From contig CP010424.1 of the NCBI GenBank assembly GCA_000830275.1, forward strand, positions 1,020,001 through 1,052,000: a stretch of 32,000 nucleotides of DNA. The letters run 5' to 3'. The stretch comes from an archaeon GW2011_AR10. GTDB lineage: Archaea > Iainarchaeota > Iainarchaeia > Iainarchaeales > GW2011-AR10. The position numbers were made by a program, and so were the translations under genes. Below, in pieces: positions 16,867 to 23,939 of the stretch (the stretch's first letter is position 1; the number at the start of each line of letters is the position of its first letter). The notes below the pieces were generated by a model. That model saw only the letters and a program-made list of their open reading frames with translations, did no database searches and was not told where the DNA came from.

Positions 16867-17034
16867 TTAGTTGATTTCAGCCTTTTCCCCAGCTTTTTTT
16901 CTCCTGAAATTGGCGTAAGCCCTGAACTTTGTTTTAGTCCATGGCTCTGGCTGCTTTTTTCTGAGCTTGAATTCTTCTGCAAGCAGCTTCTGCCTTAAAG
17001 CTTCAGATGGTTTGGGGAAAACAAATTCAGACAT
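16867..17034 (-). CDS. Small basic hypothetical protein (55 aa), tightly coupled to the upstream TRAM gene
   Basis: Hand translation: MSEFVFPKPSEALRQKLLAEEFKLRKKQPEPWTKTKFRAYANFRRKKAGEKAEIN*. ATG at 17034 lies 6 nt after the TRAM stop (17041). It is absent from the supplied track, presumably because of its size. No family recognised. Confidence 0.4.
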   Translation of the reverse strand: MSEFVFPKPSEALRQKLLAEEFKLRKKQPEPWTKTKFRAYANFRRKKAGEKAEIN

Positions 17035-17040
17035 TGTTTT

Positions 17041-17388
17041 TTACTCCTTGCTCTCTTCTTCAAAGTCGTCCTCTGAAGAAAAATCTTCCTCAGCTTCTTC
17101 AGACTCTTCCTCTGGTTCCTTTGAGCCTTTTGCTTTGCTTGCTGGAGCTGAAGCAGCGGACTTCTTTCCTACTACCTCTCCAAAGGAAACCTTGCCTCTA
17201 ACAGCATTTATCTTGACTTTTACCTTGTCTCCTTTCTTGGTGTTAGGAACGATAACCACAAAGCCCTCAATTTTGGCTATTCCGTCTCCTTTTTCTCCAA
17301 CGCTCTCAATTTCAACGTCGTATTCCTGCCCTTCCTTTACTGGAACAGGTTTTCTGAACCTTAAGTCATTGTATTTACTGAAAGCCAT
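17041..17388 (-). CDS. TRAM-domain RNA-binding protein with an acidic C-terminal tail
   Basis: 115 aa. KEGQEYDVEIESVGEKGDGIAKIEGFVVIVPNTKKGDKVKVKINAVRGKVSFGEVV is a canonical stand-alone archaeal TRAM domain. The tail is rich in E/D/S. Confidence 0.85.
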   Translation of the reverse strand: MAFSKYNDLRFRKPVPVKEGQEYDVEIESVGEKGDGIAKIEGFVVIVPNTKKGDKVKVKINAVRGKVSFGEVVGKKSAASAPASKAKGSKEPEEESEEAEEDFSSEDDFEEESKE

Positions 17389-17539
17389 ATTTATTTCTCC
17401 TCCCGTAGAAACTGAAAGGACGCCTTGAACACCAATTATGAAAGTGCCCTAACACAGCGCTTTAAAACACTCAAAATTAGTAATTCTTTGGGTCCAATCC
17501 TGTACTATATATGCCATTGAACTCTATTTAAAGCTAACG

Positions 17540-18787
17540 TTAACCCAAAACCCGCTCAATTATGTACTTTGGCTTGAATTCCACAAGGTCTTCGTAGTTT
17601 TGGCCTGTTCCGATGAAAAGAATGGGTTTTCTGAGCTTAAAAAGCAAAGAAATCGCTGTTCCACCCTTAACGTCAGCGTCAATCTTTGTCAAAATGAAGC
17701 AGTCCAGCTTCAATGCTTCATCGAATTCCTTTGCCTGCTGCAGGAGTGCTTGGCCAGTGAAGGCTTCTCCAACGTAAACCTTCAAGTCCGGCTTTACTAC
17801 CCTGGCTATTTTTTTGAGTTCCTCCATGAGATTCCTGTTTGTTTCCTGCCTTCCAGCAGAGTCAATAAGCACAACATCAGTGTTTTTTGCCTTAGCTGAC
17901 CCAACTGCATCAAATGCAACAGCCGCAGGGTCAGAGCCATACTTGTGCTTTACAACATTCACTCCAAGCCTTCCAGCGTGTTCCTCCAACTGCTCAATGG
18001 ATGCGGCCCTGAACGTGTCAGCAGCAGCCCAAACAACCTTCTTGCCTTTCTTTTGCAGGGCATACGTTAGCTTTGCAATGCTTGTGGTTTTTCCAGCTCC
18101 ATTCGGGCCCAAAAAAAGCACAATGAACGGCTTCTTTTTCTCCATCTCCTTGAATATGTCAATGTTTTCGGTTTCCATTATTTTGTGAAGGGCTTTTCGT
18201 AATTCCTCTTTCAGTGCAGTTGAAACATCTTGCTTCGAGGAGAGCTCTTTCCCGACAAGGCTCTCCTTAATCAGCGAGACAATTTCTTTGGCAGCATCCA
18301 GTTCAACGTCGCTTTCAAGCAGTGAAAGCTCGAACTCATCCAATAACTCTTTAATGTCTTTTTCTTTTATCTTAATTTTTCCGGTTAGAATTGCTTTGGC
18401 TTTCTCCGCTAAGCCAACCCTTGCCTTAAGTTCTCTTTGCTTTTCGCCCTTTGCTTCCTTCAATCCCTTTTCTTCTTCAACCCTCACTGGTTGCTCTTCT
18501 AATTCAGTTTTTTCAGCTGCTTTTTCGGTTCCTTCAAGTAACTCCTGTTCTGGAGCCATGATGCTTGTTTCTTTTCCTTCAACGCCTGCCATTCCAGCAG
18601 GTTTTGCCTGAGGCAATTTTTGCAAACCTTCTCTAATAGGTTTTGGCGTAGCCTCTTTTTCGTAAACCTTTTGTTGAAAAGGTTTTGCCTCAGCTCCAGC
18701 AGTTTCCACGATTTCCTGTTTTCGTTCAACCGCTTTCCTTATTTTTTCAGTAAAATTAGAGATTTTTTTCTTTAAGAAATCAAACAT
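17540..18787 (-). CDS. ftsY: Signal recognition particle receptor FtsY
   Basis: 415 aa. Charged N-terminal A region, then an NG domain with GPNGAGKTTSIAK, DTFRAAS and DSAGR. Confidence 0.95.
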   Translation of the reverse strand: MFDFLKKKISNFTEKIRKAVERKQEIVETAGAEAKPFQQKVYEKEATPKPIREGLQKLPQAKPAGMAGVEGKETSIMAPEQELLEGTEKAAEKTELEEQPVRVEEEKGLKEAKGEKQRELKARVGLAEKAKAILTGKIKIKEKDIKELLDEFELSLLESDVELDAAKEIVSLIKESLVGKELSSKQDVSTALKEELRKALHKIMETENIDIFKEMEKKKPFIVLFLGPNGAGKTTSIAKLTYALQKKGKKVVWAAADTFRAASIEQLEEHAGRLGVNVVKHKYGSDPAAVAFDAVGSAKAKNTDVVLIDSAGRQETNRNLMEELKKIARVVKPDLKVYVGEAFTGQALLQQAKEFDEALKLDCFILTKIDADVKGGTAISLLFKLRKPILFIGTGQNYEDLVEFKPKYIIERVLG

Positions 18788-18798
18788 TCCTAACCCTG

Positions 18799-19248
18799 TT
18801 ACCTCAGCTTTCTTTCCTGCTCTGCCTGAATCCTTCTTCCCGTCTGGATAATTCTGCCCAGCTGGTTCAAGTTGTTTGCTGTTTTCTGCTGCTCGCCCCT
18901 GCTAAATTCAATCATTTTCCTGAGCTGCTCCATTTTCTTTTCCAGCTCTTCAACTGCTTCAGAAACCGCCTTGTATGCCATGACGTTTCCGGCAATCGAG
19001 TACAGCACTTTTTTTTTGTCCTTCACTTCAACGTTGGCGAAAACCCCTGAGCCAAGTGGCACCAGAACTCGGTTTTCCTTTTCAGATTTTTGGATTTCTT
19101 TAACCGCGTCAATTGCGCCGGATGTTTCTTGCATCAGCTCTTGCACGGCAGCAAGCCTGATTTGAATTTCGTTCAGCTTAATTCTTTCTCGTTCGTAGGC
19201 TTCCATTAACTGCTGTGCAGTCATCGTAACCTCTTTTTTTTCAGCCAC
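18799..19248 (-). CDS. pfdA: Prefoldin alpha subunit
   Basis: 149 aa with a coiled-coil / beta-hairpin / coiled-coil layout (VLVPLGSGVFANVEV core). It holds the conserved position between LX and FtsY. The track start is GTG 19248; ATG 19224 is an alternative. Confidence 0.85.
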   Translation of the reverse strand: MAEKKEVTMTAQQLMEAYERERIKLNEIQIRLAAVQELMQETSGAIDAVKEIQKSEKENRVLVPLGSGVFANVEVKDKKKVLYSIAGNVMAYKAVSEAVEELEKKMEQLRKMIEFSRGEQQKTANNLNQLGRIIQTGRRIQAEQERKLR

Positions 19249-19467
19249 CTACTTTTCCCCCCTGACTTCCTTTAACTCCCCAATCGCTATGTTTCTTCTC
19301 TTCAGCCTGTTCCTTGAGCCAAAGAGGGCCAAAACCTTTTCGGCAGCGTCATTCTCGTTAACTGCACTGACTTCCATTGAAAACTTTTTCTCTTTTCCTT
19401 TTTGAACAAACTTCCCTGAAACCTCAAACCTTTTTGCGTTTCTTTCCATTGCGCTCACTTCCAGCAT
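19249..19467 (-). CDS. rplX: Ribosomal protein LX (eL20 / L18Ae family)
   Basis: FEVSGKF...FSMEVSAVNENDAAEKVLALFGSRNRLKRRNIAIGELKEV matches the LX family pattern. The first ATG is at 19467, while the track ORF opens at TTG 19473, overlapping the aIF6 stop. Confidence 0.8.
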   Translation of the reverse strand: MLEVSAMERNAKRFEVSGKFVQKGKEKKFSMEVSAVNENDAAEKVLALFGSRNRLKRRNIAIGELKEVRGEK

Positions 19468-19469
19468 AT

Positions 19470-20132
19470 TCAATCTCCACTTAATCCTTCATTAATTCTA
19501 AGCACCTCGTATGAAGTTGTGAATTCCCCTATCAGCGCTCCCTTGCTGTTCGCAACAATGTCATTGCCTATGAATTTGTCGCCGTAGTTAGCGCTTGTAG
19601 GCTGGCCCCTAACCCCAAAAATTTTTTCAAGTTCTCTGAACTCATCCTGTTTAATATTTGGGTGCACGATAAACCCTTTATTTGTTACTGTTGTTGCTGC
19701 CCCAGCAAGATTTGAGCCAGCAACAGTCATCCTAGAAAAATGCACGCCAAAGAATTTTTCCAGCCCTTCAACAGTTTTCTTTCCAATCAACGGGCTCGCA
19801 ATTCCTCCATTCTCGTTAACTGCAATCAGGTTACCTAAAGCGTGAATTCCCTCCAGTTTCTTTGCTTGCATTCCATGCCTTTCCAAGAAAGCAACTTCTT
19901 CCTCAATCACTGTTTCAGGCAAAGCAATCATTTTCCCAAGCATTACAGAGAGCACCCCCAAAAGCGGTGAACTCGCAAGGCTTGCCTTAACCACTTTTGC
20001 CCCGAGCTTTTCCTCAATTCCGGCAAGCTCTTTTTTCTCGATAGAGAAAGGCACCAAAAAAAAGTCCTCGGATGCAACAGCAAAAACCCCGACAAAAGGG
20101 CTTCCCCTAATTGTTTTCTTCAAAAAATGCAT
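19470..20132 (-). CDS. eif6: Translation initiation factor 6 (aIF6)
   Basis: 220 aa with five-fold pentein-type repeats (GSPFVGVFAVASE, SSPLLGVLSV, LGNLIAVNENGG, AGAATTVTNKG, IGNDIVANSKG). Confidence 0.9.
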   Translation of the reverse strand: MHFLKKTIRGSPFVGVFAVASEDFFLVPFSIEKKELAGIEEKLGAKVVKASLASSPLLGVLSVMLGKMIALPETVIEEEVAFLERHGMQAKKLEGIHALGNLIAVNENGGIASPLIGKKTVEGLEKFFGVHFSRMTVAGSNLAGAATTVTNKGFIVHPNIKQDEFRELEKIFGVRGQPTSANYGDKFIGNDIVANSKGALIGEFTTSYEVLRINEGLSGD

Positions 20133-20165
20133 TTGCCTTCCCTTTAAGCTTATATAAGGCTGCCA

Positions 20166-20672
20166 CTATCTCCCAACTTTTCTCTTGATGTCCACTGCCC
20201 GCGCTGCCTTCTCTTTTTCTTTCTTCTCTTTCCTAAGAGCTTCTTTTGCTTCCTCTTCCTCTGTTTTTCCCTCTTTTTTGCCTTCCTTCTTCTCTTCCTT
20301 TCCCTCTTTTTTTGCTTCTGCTTTCTCTTCCCTTTTCTTCTTCCTGTCCTTTTCCTGCTCTTCCTTTCTTTTCTTGAATTCCTCTATTTCCTTGCTCCCC
20401 TTAAGGAAAACCCTTGCCTTTTTTTCCTCCAGCAAAACAGTTACATCAATTCTCCTAGGAATGTTTTTAGAGTGCTTGCTCAGAAAAGCGTTCACTTCTT
20501 CCCCCAAAAAAACGCTCTCCGCCTTCGAGTGCTTTACCGCGAACCTCTTGATTTCCTTAACAGCCTTTCTGACTCTCTTGCTTGTAGGCTGCCTGAAAAC
20601 ACTTGCCAAAGAAACAACAAAAGACGCTTCTCCTTCCCTCATTCCAATCCCTCTCAGATTTTTTTTCCTCAT
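20166..20672 (-). CDS. rpl31e: Ribosomal protein L31e with a long Lys/Glu-rich C-terminal extension
   Basis: The core FVVSLASVFRQPTSKRVRKAVKEIKRFAVKH...IPRRIDVTVLLEEKKARVFL matches L31e. About 70 residues of K/E-rich tail follow. The track ORF opens at GTG 20732; in-frame ATGs at 20672 and 20642 are more likely starts. Confidence 0.8.
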   Translation of the reverse strand: MRKKNLRGIGMREGEASFVVSLASVFRQPTSKRVRKAVKEIKRFAVKHSKAESVFLGEEVNAFLSKHSKNIPRRIDVTVLLEEKKARVFLKGSKEIEEFKKRKEEQEKDRKKKREEKAEAKKEGKEEKKEGKKEGKTEEEEAKEALRKEKKEKEKAARAVDIKRKVGR

Positions 20673-20733
20673 TTTTGTATGCAAGTTAAATTCTCTGTTC
20701 CAGGTGCCCACTAAACATAATTTCTTCAGCACC

Positions 20734-20988
20734 TCACTTATCTTTCAGCCTTCTCCGTGCACCGCTCTTAACCCTTTTAACGTTCCTATTCTTTCCCTGC
20801 TCTGCCTGCTTTTTCTTGAAGGTTAAGCCAAGGTTTGTGCTGCGCCAGTGCCTGTGCTGCCTCTTGTTCCAGATGCGCTTGCCTGCCTTCTGCATAACCC
20901 AAACAGGTGCATTGGTCAGCCCCGGCCCAATGGATTTCCTGGCGGAAATAAGGAAATCCTTTTTCTCTGCTTCCTTGTTCTTGCTCAT
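20734..20988 (-). CDS. rpl39e: Ribosomal protein L39e with a basic C-terminal extension
   Basis: The NAPVWVMQKAGKRIWNKRQHRHWRSTNL core matches L39e. At 84 aa it is about 30 residues longer than typical L39e. Confidence 0.8.
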   Translation of the reverse strand: MSKNKEAEKKDFLISARKSIGPGLTNAPVWVMQKAGKRIWNKRQHRHWRSTNLGLTFKKKQAEQGKNRNVKRVKSGARRRLKDK

Positions 20989-21033
20989 TTTTTAAACCCT
21001 CATAAACATTTTTATGTTCCTATCGTTCTGCAT

Positions 21034-21096
21034 TATAGCAAACAGCTTATATTTTTGAACTTTTTATTGCTGTTTGCTAGTTGCAAAATGCAATTT
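21034..21096 (+). repeat. Copy A of a 63-nt hairpin element (11-bp stem, 22-nt loop, adjacent mini-palindrome)
   Basis: Stem TAGCAAACAGC (21036-21046) / GCTGTTTGCTA (21069-21079), then TTGCAAAATGCAA. The 26-nt core 21067-21092 is identical to the reverse complement of 24553-24578. Confidence 0.85.
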
Positions 21097-21159
21097 CAAT
21101 GTCCAATTACTTAAGCGTTTTGCTATAACTTTCTATTACCCTGTCTGCATTCCTTATTT

Positions 21160-21471
21160 TCATTTTCTCTTGATTTTGAAATCCTTTTTTGAACCCAATT
21201 GCGCCAGAACCTGCTTCAGTTGTTCCTCGCTTAGTTTTCCTTCAATGTTCCCGCTTCTTGCATGGTAAAGAATTGCCTGCACTGCATTCAGGTAAAGCTC
21301 TTTGTTCACAAGCCTGACATTGTTTAGCCGCTCCCTTGCTTCCTCGGTTAAAACACTCTTCACCATGGAGTTCAACTGCATTTCAGCCTGAAGCCTTTTC
21401 TGTTCCTCCTTTTGTTTCCTGAAATAATTTTCCTTTAGCTGTGAGAGCTCCTCAAAGTTCTCTTCACTCAT
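21160..21471 (-). CDS. PDCD5/TFAR19-like dsDNA-binding protein (MTH1615 family)
   Basis: 103 aa. LTEEARERLNNVRLVNKELYLNAVQAILYHARSGNIEGKLSEEQLKQVL matches the family pattern. It holds the conserved position between S19e and L39e and has an ATGA overlap with the S19e stop. Confidence 0.8.
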   Translation of the reverse strand: MSEENFEELSQLKENYFRKQKEEQKRLQAEMQLNSMVKSVLTEEARERLNNVRLVNKELYLNAVQAILYHARSGNIEGKLSEEQLKQVLAQLGSKKDFKIKRK

Positions 21472-22052
21472 TTCTCTTTTTTCTCCTCTTTTTTGTGCTC
21501 CTTCTTCTGGTCTTTTTTCTTCTCTGTTTCCCTTGCTCTTTGCTCTTGTGCTCTCAGCGCTTCCCTTGTTTCCTTTGCTGCCAGGTCAGCTTTCTCTTTC
21601 CCCTTAACTTCCACTGCTTCCTTCTTTTTGTGCTTTAAGTGCTCTTGCACTTCCTTTGATTTCTTCACCAAAAGGCTTTCTCCTTTGCCGGTAATAATGC
21701 GTCCTTTCTTGGCTTTCTGTATGAGGCCCTCTTTTTCAAGCAGCTGAAGGCAAACCCTTATTATTTTTCCCGAAGCCATTCGCTTTTTCTCCGGTTTAAC
21801 TCCGCGGTTCTTTCTCCCGCCATAATAGCTTCTCAGGCTCCCGGTTCCAACAGGCCCATCACGGTAAACGCGGTAAAGAACTGAAGCGTTCCTCACAAAA
21901 AACCAGTCAGGATTTTGAGGGGCCCTTTCAACGTGCTGGCCTGTTTTCACGAAGTCAGCCCAAGCAGGCTTTTCCAGTTTTCCCTCAAATCCCTTTGCAA
22001 CCTCTTTAATGAGTTCCGAGGCCGGAACATCAAAAACTCCCAAAAAATCCAC
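21468..22052 (-). CDS. rps19e: Ribosomal protein S19e with a Lys/Glu-rich C-terminal extension
   Basis: The core DVPASELIKEVAKGF...PAWADFVKTGQHVERAPQNPDWFFVRNASVLYRVYRDGPVGTGSLRSYYGG matches S19e. About 60 residues of K/E-rich tail follow. GTG start. Confidence 0.85.
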   Translation of the reverse strand: MDFLGVFDVPASELIKEVAKGFEGKLEKPAWADFVKTGQHVERAPQNPDWFFVRNASVLYRVYRDGPVGTGSLRSYYGGRKNRGVKPEKKRMASGKIIRVCLQLLEKEGLIQKAKKGRIITGKGESLLVKKSKEVQEHLKHKKKEAVEVKGKEKADLAAKETREALRAQEQRARETEKKKDQKKEHKKEEKKEK

Positions 22053-22186
22053 TTCCCGCTCCTTTCAGAGCATTTGTTCAAGCTGTTTCCAGCGAACTCC
22101 AATTCCAAAAGAATCAGAGCCTTAATAGAAGAATTCTCCCAGAAAAAGGTTTTAAAAGGTTGCTTTGGCCGATTAAGCAGGACCCT

Positions 22187-22777
22187 TCAAGGTTCACAGT
22201 CTGCTTTAGTTGAAAAAGAGTCAGGCCTGTAAATTTTCAGTGTTCCGGTTGCAGTTAACAAATCCTCTCTGCCCTGGGTTTCAAGCCAGCCATCAGTTGA
22301 AGTTTCAGTCAAGTAATCATTTATCTGCCAGCAAATGGCATCATTGAATTTTGCCCAATAATTGTCGAGCGCATTACTAGCATTGCTTCCTGTAATTGCA
22401 ATTCTTAAATCCTGAATGTTTGGGTTTCCAATTCCACCAGGATAGCTGTCAGCATAAAACCTGTATTCTCTTGGGCCTCTAGTAAAGTTGTCGCTAAGCA
22501 CTAAGCCCCCAACAAATTCTGACTCGCATTTCCTTTCAGTTGCATCCCAACTGCACTCAAAATAAAAGCCGTCAATTGTAAAATTCTCTATCGCAGGATC
22601 GCAGATAGTTGAACTGCTGTGCCTTATGCAGATGCTGTTCGCAGCAGTTTTTGCCGCCTCAAAGCCACTGCTTGGAGCAAGGCCGCTAATCAACGCAACA
22701 ACTATTGCCGCAACAAGCACCACTCCCCCAAGCAAAAGAAGGTACTCCACTGCTGCCTGCCCTTTCACCGCATTCAT
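22187..22777 (-). CDS. Class III signal-peptide (archaeal type IV pilin-like, DUF361-type) protein 1
   Basis: The N-terminus MNAVKG-QAAVEYLLLLGGVVLVAAIVVALISGL has a short basic leader, Gly at -1, a QxxxExxxL motif and a hydrophobic helix. The globular part is Cys-containing and paralogous to the next gene. Confidence 0.75.
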   Translation of the reverse strand: MNAVKGQAAVEYLLLLGGVVLVAAIVVALISGLAPSSGFEAAKTAANSICIRHSSSTICDPAIENFTIDGFYFECSWDATERKCESEFVGGLVLSDNFTRGPREYRFYADSYPGGIGNPNIQDLRIAITGSNASNALDNYWAKFNDAICWQINDYLTETSTDGWLETQGREDLLTATGTLKIYRPDSFSTKADCEP

Positions 22778-22820
22778 TCATTACAAGAAACGCTTTTGCC
22801 GTATTTATTTGTTTTGGTTT
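22778..22820 (-). promoter_or_regulatory. Putative promoter (AAATAAATAC box) of pilin-like gene 1
   Basis: The minus-strand sequence upstream of ATG 22777 reads CAAATAAATACGGCAAAAGCGTTTCTTGTAATGA-ATG. The A/T box starts about 30 nt upstream. Its layout parallels the sequence upstream of gene 2. Confidence 0.35.
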
Positions 22821-22832
22821 GCGCTTAACGTT

Positions 22833-23600
22833 TTAGGAGATTTTGGTTAACTCAACATCGTCAAATAAAATTTGGTGGGGTTTTGGCACTCCTATAAAAG
22901 ACCCGCCAGATTCCGATCTAACTCCAATTTTCACGCTGCTTAAACCAGAAGAAATTGTTTTTTCAACACACAACTGCTGGTAAGTGGAACTAGTATCTAA
23001 AAGTTGCTCGCTTCCATCAAGGTAAACTTTGGCGGTTTTTCTGAAACTAGCGCCTCCTTCACGCACATAAGCGCACAGCCTGTAAGTTCCTGCTCCATAG
23101 GTTGCCAAATCAACTGTTTGTGACAGGCCGCTTCCAAACCAGCCAACGCCGTTCCATGAACCGGTTCTAGGTGCCGTTTCGTTCCGTCCCCCGAATCCAG
23201 TGCCTCCCCCGAACTGGTCACTTGCCCATAACCCCAAGTTCTCAAAGCTTGGCTCTGAAATTGCTACAGCAGCACCAGGGCTCCCACCAATTGCATAGCT
23301 TTCTTCCCTGCACAGTTTTTCAATAGTGCTCCATTCACAGTCAAATGTTTCTTCCTGAATTTTAACTTTTTTCCCTTCGATTGGGTCAGGCAATCCTGTA
23401 AAAGGATCTACATGGGTTGGGTCCCCATCGCATTCTGTTTTGCTTAATGCTTTCACGCATGCAGCATCAGCAGCTGTCTTTCCTGCTTCATGGGTGCTTC
23501 CTGCCGGAAGGCTGCTGATTATTGCGATTGCAATGCCTGCAACAAGCACTATGCCCCCCAAAAGCAGGAGGAATTCAGGAGAACCTTGCCCTCTGTTCAT
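22833..23600 (-). CDS. Class III signal-peptide (DUF361-type) protein 2 with a C-terminal lectin/CBM-like beta-sandwich domain
   Basis: The N-terminus MNRG-QGSPEFLLLLGGIVLVAGIAIAIISSL is an exact QxSxExxxL motif. The C-terminal ~140 aa (WASDQFGGGTGFGG...GSWNGVGWFG...YRLCAYVREG...LFDDVELTKIS) resembles carbohydrate-binding jelly-roll modules. Confidence 0.75.
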   Translation of the reverse strand: MNRGQGSPEFLLLLGGIVLVAGIAIAIISSLPAGSTHEAGKTAADAACVKALSKTECDGDPTHVDPFTGLPDPIEGKKVKIQEETFDCEWSTIEKLCREESYAIGGSPGAAVAISEPSFENLGLWASDQFGGGTGFGGRNETAPRTGSWNGVGWFGSGLSQTVDLATYGAGTYRLCAYVREGGASFRKTAKVYLDGSEQLLDTSSTYQQLCVEKTISSGLSSVKIGVRSESGGSFIGVPKPHQILFDDVELTKIS

Positions 23601-23640
23601 TGCATTAAAGAAGTGCTTTTGAAATATTTAATTTTTTGGG
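23601..23640 (-). promoter_or_regulatory. Putative promoter (AATTAAATAT box) of pilin-like gene 2
   Basis: The minus-strand upstream sequence is AAAAAATTAAATATTTCAAAAGCACTTCTTTAATGCA-ATG. It shares CAAAAGC..TTCTT..TAATG spacing with the gene 1 upstream region. Confidence 0.35.
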
Positions 23641-23939
23641 TTTTCCGATTCCGCGCTTGTTTTTCTTTCAAAGCCGCATTCGAGGCACTTAATCAGCAGA
23701 ATTGTTCCCTGCTTTGAGTGCTGTGCATTGTTTTCTTTCTTCAAAAAAGAACCGCATTTTTTGCAGAACCGTTTTTTCAGCTCGCTTGGAATCGTTGCCT
23801 TGTTTCTTGTGCTGATTTTTCTCGCAAGATTGATGTAGCGCCTGCTTCTTTCAGGGTGCCTTGAAAAGTTTTTTTCAGCTAACTCAAATAACCGAAAAAT
23901 TCTTTCAAGCGCAATTTCCTGCTGCTTATTTTTTTTCAC
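23628..23939 (-). CDS. rnp4: RNase P protein component 4 (Rpp21 / Rnp4)
   Basis: QQEIALERIFRLFELAEKNF...RRYINLARKISTRNKATIPSELKKRFCKKCGSFL...IKCLECGFER has the N-terminal helices and CxxC...CxxC zinc ribbon typical of Rpp21. The likely start is GTG 23939. The track ORF extends to 24008, deep inside the Nudix gene. Confidence 0.8.
   Translation of the reverse strand: MKKNKQQEIALERIFRLFELAEKNFSRHPERSRRYINLARKISTRNKATIPSELKKRFCKKCGSFLKKENNAQHSKQGTILLIKCLECGFERKTSAESENPKN

Noticed and set aside
20185-20826. 213-aa plus-strand ORF rich in Ser/Phe/Leu
   Set aside because: It lies antisense to L31e and L39e. It stays open only because the Lys/Glu-rich (AAG/GAA) tails lack stop codons on the opposite strand. 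The composition is low-complexity.
20848-21114. 88-aa ORF sharing the peptide LLFASCKMQF with the 117-aa ORF at 24237-24590; possible paralogous small proteins
   Set aside because: The shared peptide is simply the translation of the 26-nt identical core of the intergenic hairpin repeat. The rest of each ORF overlaps real genes or promoters.
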